From positions 1,664,001 to 1,728,000 of the forward strand of contig CAWDXG010000004.1 of assembly GCA_963806225.1 (NCBI GenBank): a DNA stretch of 64,000 bases, given 5' to 3'. The notes under the pieces were generated by a model. It made no database searches. It saw nothing but the letters and a program-made list of their open reading frames with translations, and had not been told where the DNA came from. The stretch is from an uncultured delta proteobacterium. Its GTDB lineage: Bacteria; Myxococcota_A; Polyangia; Polyangiales; Polyangiaceae. Numbering within the stretch: position 1 is the first letter of the stretch; each line of letters begins with the position of its first letter. The position numbers and the translations under genes are program-made. Shown piece after piece: positions 43,709 to 53,779 of the stretch.

Positions 43709-43821
43709 GCGACGCGCCCGGGATGCGCGCCTCGGAAAGCCGGAAGCGAAGACGGCCGAGCTGGCGCCGCGGCGATGCGTTCTGGATTGACTCCGCGCCG
43801 TTTCGGTGTAGCAAAAGTGGC

Positions 43822-44490
43822 ATGTTGACCCGCCCTCACCTAGCCTGGAACGTCCTCTCTCTCGTCGGAGCGCTGGCGCTCGCCGGTTGCGGCGGCAGCC
43901 AGCCGCCCGCCGCGACTCCCTCGGCGCCCGCTTCCGCGACCCCTGCAGCGGCGTCGTCGGCAGCACCCGCCGAGCCCGCTCCGGAGGCGTCCAGCTCCGA
44001 GGCCGCGACTTCCAGCGAGTCGGACGACGCGTCCGGCCCCAAGCCGAGCCAGCCGCCCATCGATTTGATGACGCAGACCGACGAGGCGTTCGTGCTCGAT
44101 TTCCAGAGCTCCGATATCGGCGCGAAGGCGGAGAAGGCCTGCAAGTCGGACGACCCCGCCAAGGCCGCGAAGTGCAAGAAGCACAAGCACGGCAAGTTCC
44201 TCGCCGACGTGCTGCAGTTCAAGAAGAAGGACGACAAGATCACGTTCACCATCTACAAGCGCAGGGGCAAGCGGGTCACCAAGCTGAGCTCGAACAAGGT
44301 CAAGCTCACGCAGAAGAACGACAACACGGTCACGGTCGAGGTCCTGGACAAGCACATGGGGCCGCGCGTGCTCTTCTCCCGCAAGCGCAAGTTCGAGGTC
44401 ACGGTGCCGAACGACTACTCGATCGAGCTGAAGGACCCGAAGTACGGCAAGCTCGTCTACGAGGGAAAGGTCGACATCCTGGGCAAGTGA
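43822..44490 (+). CDS. Lys-rich lipoprotein
   Basis: Lipobox LALAGC, Ala/Ser/Pro linker, Lys-rich C-terminal domain. Confidence 0.75.
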   Translation: MLTRPHLAWNVLSLVGALALAGCGGSQPPAATPSAPASATPAAASSAAPAEPAPEASSSEAATSSESDDASGPKPSQPPIDLMTQTDEAFVLDFQSSDIGAKAEKACKSDDPAKAAKCKKHKHGKFLADVLQFKKKDDKITFTIYKRRGKRVTKLSSNKVKLTQKNDNTVTVEVLDKHMGPRVLFSRKRKFEVTVPNDYSIELKDPKYGKLVYEGKVDILGK

Positions 44491-44494
44491 CGCC

Positions 44495-44518
44495 TGCCGG
44501 ATGTTGCAACATCCGGCA
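44495..44518. promoter_or_regulatory. Perfect 24-bp palindrome (terminator hairpin or operator/enhancer site)
   Basis: TGCCGGATGTTGCAACATCCGGCA is its own reverse complement. Confidence 0.55.
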
Positions 44519-44681
44519 ACAACTGGAGCGCGCAACGGCAGCGGCGGCGGCTTCCGGGCAGCGAAATGATGCGCCCGACGTCGCGTAACGGCATCTGGCG
44601 GCGCCCTTTGAAACCGGGGAATCGGCGCGATTCCAGGCCCGCCACGCCGGCCTCCGTGGGCGTCCCGTCGGCCCCTCGCTG

Positions 44682-44697
44682 TGGCACGCATCGTGCT
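44682..44697 (+). promoter_or_regulatory. Sigma-54 promoter of the MBL-fold hydrolase
   Basis: TGGCACGCATCGTGCT (one mismatch to TGGCACG-N4-TTGCW), about 25 nt upstream of ATG 44722. Confidence 0.7.
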
Positions 44698-44721
44698 CTC
44701 CTGGCGAGCAGAGGGCACACC

Positions 44722-45617
44722 ATGAAGGTAGAGGCATTTTTCGACGAGGCCACGTTCACGCTGACCTACGTCGTCTTCGACCCGGACACGCACGACGCCG
44801 TCGTCATCGACCCCGTGCTCGACTACGACCCGTTCGCGTCCAGAACGTCGACCGAATCGGTCGACAAGGTAACGGCCTTCGTGAAGGAGCGGGGGCTCCG
44901 GCTCCACTACGTGCTCGAGACGCACGCGCACGCCGACCATCTCTCGGGCTCGCAGCTGTTTGAGAAGGCGCTTCGACGCCAAGGTTCTCATCGGCGAGCG
45001 CATCACCGAGGTACAGAAGACGTTCAAGACCGTCTTCGACCTCTCCGCTGCTTTCAGCACGGACGGCAGCCAGTTCGACCGGCTGCTCGCGGATGGCGAG
45101 ACGTTCGACGCCGGCAGCCTACACGTGGAGGTGATCGCGACGCCGGGGCACACGCCGGCGTGCGTCAGCTATCACATCGACGACGCCGTGTTCACCGGCG
45201 ACGCCTTGTTCATGGAGGACTACGGAACCGGCCGCTGCGATTTCCCGCTCGGCAGTGCCGAGGCCCTCTACGACTCGGTGACCCAGCACCTGTACTCGCT
45301 GCCCGACGCGACGCGCGTGTTCGTGGGGCACGACTACCAGCCGGGCGGCCGCGAGCTCCGCTACCAGTCGAGCATCGGGGTGGAGAAGCGGCAGAACAAG
45401 CAGCTCCGCGCCGACACGCCGCGGGAAGACTACGTGAAGTTCCGCCAGGAGCGCGACGCGACGCTGCGCGCCGCCGCGGCTTCTGTACCCGAGCGTGCAG
45501 GTGAACGTGGACGCCGGGCGGCTGCCGGCCGCGCACGACAACGGCATCCGCTACCTCGCCGTACCGTTGAACATGAAGCGCCCCACCGACGAAGCGGGTG
45601 ACCCGGCGGCCAGGTAG
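44722..45617 (+). CDS. MBL-fold persulfide dioxygenase-like hydrolase (Blh/ETHE1 type; frameshifted)
   Basis: [61 protein letters not shown]. Confidence 0.88.
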
Positions 45618-45626
45618 CGGCGCCGC

Positions 45627-47181
45627 TCAGCCGTGGATGTAGACCACGGTGCCGCGCTTGAAATTGAGCGCACCGTGCCACCCCGGCGGCACCACCGGGT
45701 CGGTCCACTCGAAGAGCCAGGCGCTGTCGATGGGCGCGAGATTGACGCAGCCGTGGCTGCGCACCTTGCCGAAGTCGTCGTGCCAGTAGGTGCCGTGCAG
45801 GGCGTAGCCCTTGTGGAAGTACTGCACGAACGGCACATCCAGCAGATTGTACGAGTCGCTCTTGTCCTCGGCGCCATCCATCGTGGCGGCCACGTGCTTG
45901 GAATGGATCATGAACGTGCCGCGCACGGTCGCGAAGACCTTCTCGGGGTCGCCCATGCCGCCGCGGCCGGTGCTGACCAGCGTGGCGTAGACGGGATGGC
46001 GCCCGACGTAGGCCACCAGCGTCTGCTGGCGGATGGAGATATCGATCCACTTGCGCGTGCCTGTCGCGAAGCTCGGCCATGAGTCGCGCGGCTCGAGGAT
46101 GCGCGCGGAGGCAGCCTGGATGAAGTCGCCGTCCCTTGTGGCGTAGAAGGCGCCGGGGCGCGTCGCGCCGGTGAGCTTCACCGGCTCACGGAAGCCCAGG
46201 CTGCCCTTGGGCTTGAGCGCGATGTGTCGCCTCGTCGAGGCTGTAGCGGGTCACGTAGTGGCTCATGATGAACGCCACGGGCAGTCCCTCGTCCTCGGCG
46301 ATCTCGGTGCCGTGGAACTCGCTCGGCTTGACGATGCGCGTGCGGTCCAGCGCGATGATGTCGAGCTCGGTGGTGAGGCCGAACAAGCGCCCCTGCCACT
46401 CGAAGGTGCGGGTGATGGCGAAGCCGCTGTCCGGCGCGGCGCGACCGGCGTGGACGGCATAGTGCAGATGCATCGGCACGCCGTACGGCTTCTCTACCGG
46501 TTTTCCGCCAAGCAAAAAGTCCGGCGGGGCGCCGGGTTCGCCGAGCAGATCCGCAATGCCGTTCGTGCGGATGCGCTGGCGCCAGGCGGCGACGTGCGTG
46601 TCGATGTCGCCTTCCACGTGCTTCATCTCGGCCTTGCTGGGCAGCTTGAAGTAGCGGAAGGGCGGCACGTCGGCGGCGCGGGCGTACAGATAGGGCAGCG
46701 ACTGCCCGCGCACCGGCCGCACGCTGCATTGCTTGACGACGGGATTGTCCAGATCGAGCGTGGCGCCCTTGCCGATGCAGACGAAGCCGCGTGGATTGAT
46801 GCGGTACCAGCCACCGGCACAGCCGGCGTTCTTGATCGCAGGGCCGCGCGCATCGACGACGGCGCCTGCGCGCAGGTAGCCGAAGCGCGTCCGTTTCGGA
46901 CCGGTGTCGGTGTAGATCCAGGTGCGCCAGGCAATGCTCGCGAGCTTCGTGCCGTCGGGCTTGAACGGCAGGTTGTCGTTGACGCTGCCAAGCACGGCCT
47001 TTCCCGCCGGCCGCGCGCCGGCTTCGGCCGAGTCGTCCGGCAGCGGGCTGTCGTCGCCGGGGCCGGCGTTGACGACGGCCGCGTGCGTCGTGGGCTCGGG
47101 TCGCGCGCCGGGCGGCTCCCGGTGATCTTTGCATGCCGGAAGGCCCGAGCACGCCACGATCAGGAGAAGCAGTCGTCGCAT
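45627..47181 (-). CDS. Second L,D-transpeptidase family lipoprotein (frameshift near 46200)
   Basis: ALHGTYWHDDFGKVRSHGCVNL; N-terminal GYLRAG..GC.GGWY...P.GFVC is shared with 17600-19144. Confidence 0.85.
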
Positions 47182-47321
47182 CGCTCGTCAGGCCTGCCCG
47201 GCGAGGAGCCGGGATAGAGGACGGTGACCTAGATCACCCCGTCGGTCCGGACAACCTCGGAGCGGAATTGTCCGGCAATTTCGCCGCGACAGGGGGCTTT
47301 TCGCGAGGCATGCTGACCGCC

Positions 47322-47786
47322 ATGAGGATTCCCCGCGGCGCCTGGGCCATCGTCAAGGAGGTCGCCCGCCACCTGCTCCGGCGACCGGTGGTCGGCATCG
47401 CGGCCGCCGCCAGGACTGCCGATGGACGCTGGCTCCTGGTCCGGCGCACCGACACCGGGGAGTGGGCGCTGCCCGGCGGAACGCTGGAGTGGGGCGAGGC
47501 GCTGCGATCCGCGCTGCCCCGGGAGCTCCGTGAAGAGACGGGGGTGGAGGACGTGACGCCGGGTCGGCTGCTGGGCGTCTACTCCGCTCCGGAGCGCGAC
47601 CGGCGCTTCCACGCGGTCACGGTCCTTGTCGAGGTCCAGGTGGGCGAGCCGGTGCGGGCGCCGGACAATCCGCTGGAGATTGCGGAAGTGCGGCTGTTCA
47701 GCGAGGAAGAACTCCCCGCGGCGCTGGCCCACGGGATGGACGACATGCTGGCCGATGCGCGCGCTGGACGGCTGGTGTGGGAATAG
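47322..47786 (+). CDS. NUDIX hydrolase
   Basis: Nudix box WALPGGTLEWGE......RELREETG. Confidence 0.9.
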   Translation: MRIPRGAWAIVKEVARHLLRRPVVGIAAAARTADGRWLLVRRTDTGEWALPGGTLEWGEALRSALPRELREETGVEDVTPGRLLGVYSAPERDRRFHAVTVLVEVQVGEPVRAPDNPLEIAEVRLFSEEELPAALAHGMDDMLADARAGRLVWE

Positions 47787-47844
47787 GCGGAGAGTGGCCA
47801 CTTCGCCCTACCCTCCCCCGGCGCTGCGTGCCACATATGGCGGC

Positions 47845-49029
47845 ATGCGCTTGGCATCCGTTCGGCTCGTCGCTCTCGTGCTCCTTTCATGGGCGCTCGG
47901 CGGCTGCAGCCTGTTCAACGGACTCGACGTGAAGTCGGTAGCGACCTCGGTACAGAAACCGAGCAATGTCGCGCTCTACCTGGCTGTGTCGGACGGGGAC
48001 CAGCCGGTAACGGATCTGACCGAGCAGAACTTCCAGGTGCTCGAGAACGGCCAGCCCGTAGATCCGGAGCAGAGCGGCCTGACCCTGCTCGACCGCAACG
48101 TGGCCGCGGTGCACAGGACGCTGCTGCTCGTGGACATGAGCGGGAAGGCGAATGAGAAGGCGACGCGCACGAACATCGCGCGCGCGGCGGCCGGGTTCGT
48201 GGCGGACGTGCACAAGCTCGAGGACGTGACCGTGTACGCGTTCGACGGCAGCCCGGAGCTCCGTTTGATCGGCGAGTATCCCGAGAGCGCGGACGACGGT
48301 CCAGACAACATCCAGGCGCTCGCCGACTTCGTGCCCAGGGACCCCTCGCGCGATCTCGACGGAGCCGTGATCCAGGCGCTCGAACAGCTCGACGCGCGGC
48401 TCATGATCGTGAAGAAGCCGGTTCGCATCGGGACGCTGGTGGTCTTCACGCGCGGCCCCGACCTGGCCGGACGCACGCCGAAAGAAAAGGTCTCGCAGGC
48501 GCTCGACAAGACCGATCACGAGGTCTTCGCGATCGGCATCGGCAAGGACAAGGGCGACTTCGATCTCGATAGCCTCGGGCGTGCCGGGGTCGTGAGGGCG
48601 CCTTCGATGGGCTCGCTGGGCATCGCTTTCGAGAACGCTGCAAGCAAGATCCGCAAGGACTACAACAAGTACTACCTCTTGTCGTACTGCTCGCCGGCCC
48701 GTGCGGGAGAGCGCGCGCTCCGGATCAAGGTCACGATGACCGACAAGCAGGGCGACCAGCATGAGGGCAGCTACTCGACCGAATTCGACTCGGCTGGCTT
48801 CGGTCCCGGCTGCAATCCGCACGCGACGCCGCGCTTCGTCATGAAGGCAAAGAAGGACAGCGGCGCCAGGGAAGCTCCCGCCCCGAAGCCGAGCGAAGCG
48901 CCCAAGCCGAGCGGAGCGTCCAAGCCAACCGAACCGCCCGCCACGCCGAGCCAGCCGCCGTCAGAGGGCGGCGACCAGGTGGTTCCGCCGCCGTCCAAGC
49001 CCGGCTACGCGCCGACGCCGGACAAGTAG
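47845..49029 (+). CDS. Lipoprotein with VWA-like domain
   Basis: Lipobox ALGGC; LLLVDMSG, YAFDG, LVVFT, YYLLSYCSP.R.G. Confidence 0.75.
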   Translation: MRLASVRLVALVLLSWALGGCSLFNGLDVKSVATSVQKPSNVALYLAVSDGDQPVTDLTEQNFQVLENGQPVDPEQSGLTLLDRNVAAVHRTLLLVDMSGKANEKATRTNIARAAAGFVADVHKLEDVTVYAFDGSPELRLIGEYPESADDGPDNIQALADFVPRDPSRDLDGAVIQALEQLDARLMIVKKPVRIGTLVVFTRGPDLAGRTPKEKVSQALDKTDHEVFAIGIGKDKGDFDLDSLGRAGVVRAPSMGSLGIAFENAASKIRKDYNKYYLLSYCSPARAGERALRIKVTMTDKQGDQHEGSYSTEFDSAGFGPGCNPHATPRFVMKAKKDSGAREAPAPKPSEAPKPSGASKPTEPPATPSQPPSEGGDQVVPPPSKPGYAPTPDK

Positions 49030-49039
49030 CCACCGCCGT

Positions 49040-49387
49040 TCACGCCGGCTCGTCGCGTTCGAGCTCGCCGCGCCGTCCAACCCGATAGGTCGTCCGGCGC
49101 ACACGGCGCCGCGGCTGCCGCGCCTCCCGGGCAAGGTAGTCGAACGCGCTACGGTGCTCGGGCAGCGCGGGGCGCGACTCGACGCGCATCAGCCGTGTAC
49201 CCGGGTCGAGCGTGAGCTCGATCCGGGAGCGCCACACGGTACCCGCACCCGCTTCCAGCCGCTCGACAACCGCTCCGGGCAGCTCCCCGGCGTGCACCCA
49301 GGCGTCGCCCCGCCGCACCAGCCAGGCAACCTTCACTGTCCCGCGCTCCGCGATCGATTCGCTGCTCTCGAGCTCGACCCGGACCAC
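49040..49387 (-). CDS. Small hypothetical protein
   Basis: VVRVELESSES..W..RIELTL..GTRLMRVE; appears fused to the upstream ORF only through a frameshift. Confidence 0.5.
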   Translation of the reverse strand: MVRVELESSESIAERGTVKVAWLVRRGDAWVHAGELPGAVVERLEAGAGTVWRSRIELTLDPGTRLMRVESRPALPEHRSAFDYLAREARQPRRRVRRTTYRVGRRGELERDEPA

Positions 49388-49452
49388 CTCTGGACCGTAC
49401 CAGAAACCACGCTGGACGGCCGGGCTACGGCCGGGCTCGGGCGCCGGTGCCG

Positions 49453-50092
49453 CTACGCGAGCCCAACCGGGATGACCGCGCGTTGGGGCGCCGGCCCTGG
49501 TCCGGTCAACCAGCGCACCGCAGCGCCCGAGATCCCCGACCCGCTCGATCGCCAGATCGCCTCCACGCTTGATGAACACGCGCCGGGGCTGCGCCCTGCG
49601 CGCGATGCCGAGCAGGGCGAGCCCCTGTGTGCTCGGACGCCTACGCAGTGCCTCCACGACCTCCACGACCATTCCGATCGGATAGCGCTCCAGCTCGATG
49701 CCGAGCACCTCGTACTCGCCCGAGCCAACCGTGAGCACGGCATCGAACAGGCTCTCGAAACACTGCACGCGCATCCGCTTGAGTTGCGCATCGCCGTTCG
49801 GCTTTCCGTTCCGGCTCTGGCCTGCCTTTCCGTTCCAGGCATAAGTGCCGGCCAGCACCACGCGCGGGGCCTCGCCGCCGATCGCCCGTGGCACCGGATA
49901 GCCGTAGCGGCGCATGAACCGGACCACCTCGGTGCGGTGGAAACGCAGGTGACGCCCCTTGGTGCGACGTCCATGCAGGTGACTGTGTTTGACCCAGTTG
50001 TGGACAGTCTTCAGATCCACGCCCAAGAGGCGCGAGATGTCGCCTGAGGTCAGGCCGCAGACGGGGTCTGCATGACCATCCACCAGCGCCAT
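49453..50092 (-). CDS. Excisionase/MerR-type HTH DNA-binding protein with degenerate receiver-like domain
   Basis: LTSGDISRLLGVDLKTVHNWV....L...RTKGRHLRF...EVVRFMRRYGYPVP. Confidence 0.75.
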
Positions 50093-50280
50093 GCTTCCGG
50101 AGTATCTGAATCGGGCCCGCCTCGCATCACCCCTAAGGGTGAAGCGAAGTCCTTTTGTTACACATTTCACTGCCGAACAGCTCCCGACCGTACGGCCGGC
50201 AGAATGCCGGTTGACCCTGTTCGCGACGCCTGTTTACCTCTCGCCTGGCTAACCGGAGCGGCACGCGAGTGGAGGAGAGG

Positions 50281-51846
50281 ATGAGGCGGCTCTGCTGGAC
50301 GTCGGCAATGATTGCAGGCACTTCCCTGCTCCTGGCCGCACCGTTGGCGAGGGCGTCGAGCGCCATCGAGTTCCCCGACAACGGCGTGGCACAGTTCTCC
50401 CGCGGTGGCGCCTGGCTCGCGACCGCCACCGACCCCATCGCCGGCTACTACAATCCGGCAGCTCTGGGGAGGCAGCCCACCCAGCTCGGTCTGGGAGCCA
50501 ACTTCGTCTTCCAGAAGATCTGCTTCAAGCGGCTGAGCGCCACCGGGAAGCCGACGGGACCGGGCGGCGGCTTGACGAGACTCGTACCCGGAAGTCTGCA
50601 ACTCCAACAGCGGCAAGCCCAACGTCATCCCCAACCTGGCGTTCACGTGGCGCGTCGGAGAAAAGCTCGGCATCGGGCTGACGGTCGTTCCGCCTTCGTC
50701 GTTCGGCACGCTCGACTGGTCTGGCACCGCTCCCGTGCCGCGTCAGGCCGGCGGCCGGACCATCGACACCCCGGTACCGGCCTCGCAGCGCTACCTCTCG
50801 ATGGGCGTTGACGGCACCATCCTGCTGCCGACGCTGGCCGCCGGCTACAACATCACCGATCAGCTCTCCATCGGCGCCGGCTTCGTCGCGGGCATCGCCA
50901 TGCTCGAGCTGAAGTCGATGTCGGCGAGCAACGTGACCCCCCAGGACTCGTTCATCGGCGATGCGCTGAGCACGCTCGATGTGAAGGATCTGTTCGTGCC
51001 GGGTTTCGTCGTAAGCGGGCTCTACTCGCCCACGCCAAACGTGGACGTCGCGGCCTGGTATCGCTGGAGCGACAGCATCCGCGCCAAGGGCGACCTGACG
51101 GTGGAGTTCCCCTACTACGACGCGAGCACAGGCAAGGTCAGCAAGCGGGCCACGACGACGCGCTCCAAGGACCAGAAAGGCAAGGACGCGGCCAAGGTAA
51201 CCATGGCGGTGCCGATGGAAGCGCGCATCGGCGCGCGCTGGCACATGCCGCGGCAAGGGCGTCACGCCGCTCGAGAAGGAGGGCTTCCGCAAGGATCCCT
51301 ATCCGACTCGCGATCCGTTGCGGGACGACCTGTACGACGTCGAGCTCGACCTGACCTGGGCGAACAACAGCGCCCAGGACAAGATCCAGATCCGCTTCCC
51401 TCCGGGGATCCAGGTCTCCGAGCGGAACGGTCCACGCTTCGGCGAGGTACCGCAAAACAGCCGACCGGCCCACCGGCTACCGGGACACCTTCGGCGCGCG
51501 ACTGGGCGGGCAGTACAACCTGCTGGTCAACCGCATGGGGATCCGTCTGGGAAGCTGGATCGAGAGCTCGGCCAACGACGCGAAGTACCTCACGGTCACT
51601 GGCGTCCCGTCGTTGCGCGGCGGCTTCGGCGGCGGGCTCGTCTTCCGGATCGCGACGGTCGATCTGGAAGCGGGCTACCAGCACCTGTGGTCGGCCGGGT
51701 TCGACAACGGCGGCAAGGGCGCCATCAAGTCGATCGTCGCCAACGGTCCGGATGGCTTCGGCAATCGCTCCAGCTACGCCGTCAACGGCGGTAGCGTGAC
51801 CCAACACGCCAACATCGCCTCGATCGGCGCCGTGGCGCGCTTCTAG
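50281..51846 (+). CDS. FadL/OmpP1-like outer-membrane transporter (frameshifted)
   Basis: Signal peptide; EFPDNG....RGGAWLATATDPIAGYYNPAAL hatch motif; C-terminal Phe. Confidence 0.8.
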
Positions 51847-51916
51847 CCCGCGCCGACGCGACCGGCAGCGCTCATCGCGGGCTCGCTGTCGCTCACCGCT
51901 TCCGCGCTCTTCGCAC

Positions 51917-51954
51917 AAAAAACAGGGGCGACCCGGTCACCCGGATCGCCCCTG
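51917..51954 (-). terminator. Intrinsic terminator of a minus-strand transcript
   Basis: Minus strand reads CAGGGGCGATCCGG-GTGA-CCGGGTCGCCCCTG-TTTTTT: 14-bp stem, GNRA loop, U6 tail. Confidence 0.85.
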
Positions 51955-53400
51955 CGGAATTCGCTTGTCGGTGGTGGACGCGATGCGTCCCGCGCCTTTC
52001 GACGGTCACCGACCCCGCAACAACGCCTGCCGACGCCATTGCGACATCATCGCTTCAATGTGGATTCCGCTAGCCGGACCCGCGCAGTTCGCGCTGGCTT
52101 GGCCCGGAGCAGGTGGCAGAGGTGTTGGCTCGTGCCAGCTTCGGTGGAAAGTGATGACGGCGCGCCCCGCAGGACCGCGCTCTCGCGCAATCGCGAGCGC
52201 TGACCCCCCGTGCCTTCCGGCTGGAGGAAGCCTTCACCGTAACACTCCGACCTCTGGCGCTCCGTGTCGTCGACCGCACACCGTCGAGCAGTTCCATCGA
52301 CCGCCCGGCAGCTGACCCCCGACATACCTTGACGATGCCACGCGGGGCTTGATACGCCCGACCAGAACCGTGCCTACGTCGCCCGGTTTAGGGGCGAACG
52401 CCATGCACGATCCAAAGCGCCTTCCGTCGTACCGGAAACCCGCGGCATTCCGCCGCGAGCTACAGCTACCCTCCCAGGGTTATCCACACAAGGAGGGAAG
52501 CTCTTCTGCACCCGTTCGCCTGGCTTGCTCCGCGACGCCGCGTCAACGGCCCCTCGGCTCCCACCTGGCTATGCCGCCCTCCAGCCCGGGTCTTGCGACC
52601 GCGAGCCGGAAAAACGGCCAGAGATGCATCCGACCGACTTCTGCAATCCACATTTCAAAGACGAGCACCCATGCTCCGTGTGAAGACCGGATCGCTTGCA
52701 GGGCAAAAACCCCGTGCTCACCGGTGGGTTTCGCGTTCACGCGCTCGACCCGCTTCGGTCTGCCGACTCGAGCCCACGCCGGGTGTTGTCTTCCCGACCC
52801 GGGTCCGCGAGATGGCTGGACCTCTGACGCCCCTGTCACCGCCGGACGGCCGACAACGCCTTGCGGCGATGCCGTCTGCCCGACGACCGAGACCGCCTTT
52901 CCCGTCGCTCCGTGAAGAAGCGGTGGTTCCAGACGATCCGGGACGCCTTCCCTCGCCAAGGAGCCTTTCCGGGGCCCTTTGCCCGACCCCGCAGGTGTTC
53001 GCCACCGTGGATCCGGCTGTCGGCGCCTTTTCGCCCTCGCGGGTTTCCCCGTTCGGGCTAGGCCCCGTCCACCCTCCGCAGCCGCAACCGCAGATGGCTT
53101 TTCTGGACCTGACGCCGCTTGACGACTTCTGCTTTCAACACGAACAGTACGGGCACGCCGACGAACGGTTGCTCCTCGCGTGGACGGCGATTTCCCGCCT
53201 TCCACTGCCTCGTGCGGCAAAGCCGCCTCGGCTGCGAGCGGCGCGGCGAACGGGATTCGAATCCCGCGGCGCCCGGAGGCGCCAGACCGCACCGGCCGGA
53301 AGACCCCGAGCTAGCTTGCGCGCAGCGGCGTAGAAGCCAACTCGAACTCTCCCGAGCTCCCCTAGTGTCGCCGACCAGTGCCGCGCCGGGCCTGGAAATC
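51917..53400 (-). ncRNA. Putative large structured non-coding RNA of unknown class (5' end uncertain)
   Basis: No credible ORF; strand-specific GNRA hairpins; duplicated ~500-nt domain with covarying long-range helices; dedicated terminator. Confidence 0.7.
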
Positions 53401-53779
53401 CCGGAACGCGATTCTGACCGGCCAAGACTCCCTTCCTGCCTCTCGCGCGAACGATAGAGGCTTTCCGGAAAGCCAGGGGGGCCTTCGAAGTTAGCCAGGA
53501 AGCCTTTCCGGGAGCGCTACCTCCCGGGGAACCGCCGCGCCCTGCGATGCCGAAACGCCGCTGGGCCCGGAACGCGCCTTTTTTCCACCAGCCAGGCTGG
53601 GCCGCCTTGACGGGCTGACCAGTCCAACTTGGCGGCGGCTGCCGTGCCCCGCTCCGACGAAATGCCGGGTCGGGTGACGACGCACCGCGGCGCCCCTGAA
53701 CAACTTCTACGAACCATCCATCCGCGGGCAGATGTGCCGCGAACTTCCAAGGCCCCTTATGACCCAAAGCTGGCAAACA

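Noticed and set aside
49040..50170. Single 376-aa HTH fusion protein
   Set aside because: Better explained as two genes joined by an indel near 49528.
52480..52488. Perfect DnaA box TTATCCACA
   Set aside because: It is isolated and lies inside a motif that is repeated in the other RNA domain, so it is probably coincidental.
51917..53400. RNase P RNA, tmRNA, rRNA, or group I/II intron as the identity of the structured region
   Set aside because: No GAGGAAAGUCC or ACAGAA.CCGGCUUA, no tRNA-like ends or tag ORF, no rRNA signature blocks, no AGC-triad domain V, no interrupted host gene and no intron-encoded protein. Judged by eye; cmscan is still needed.
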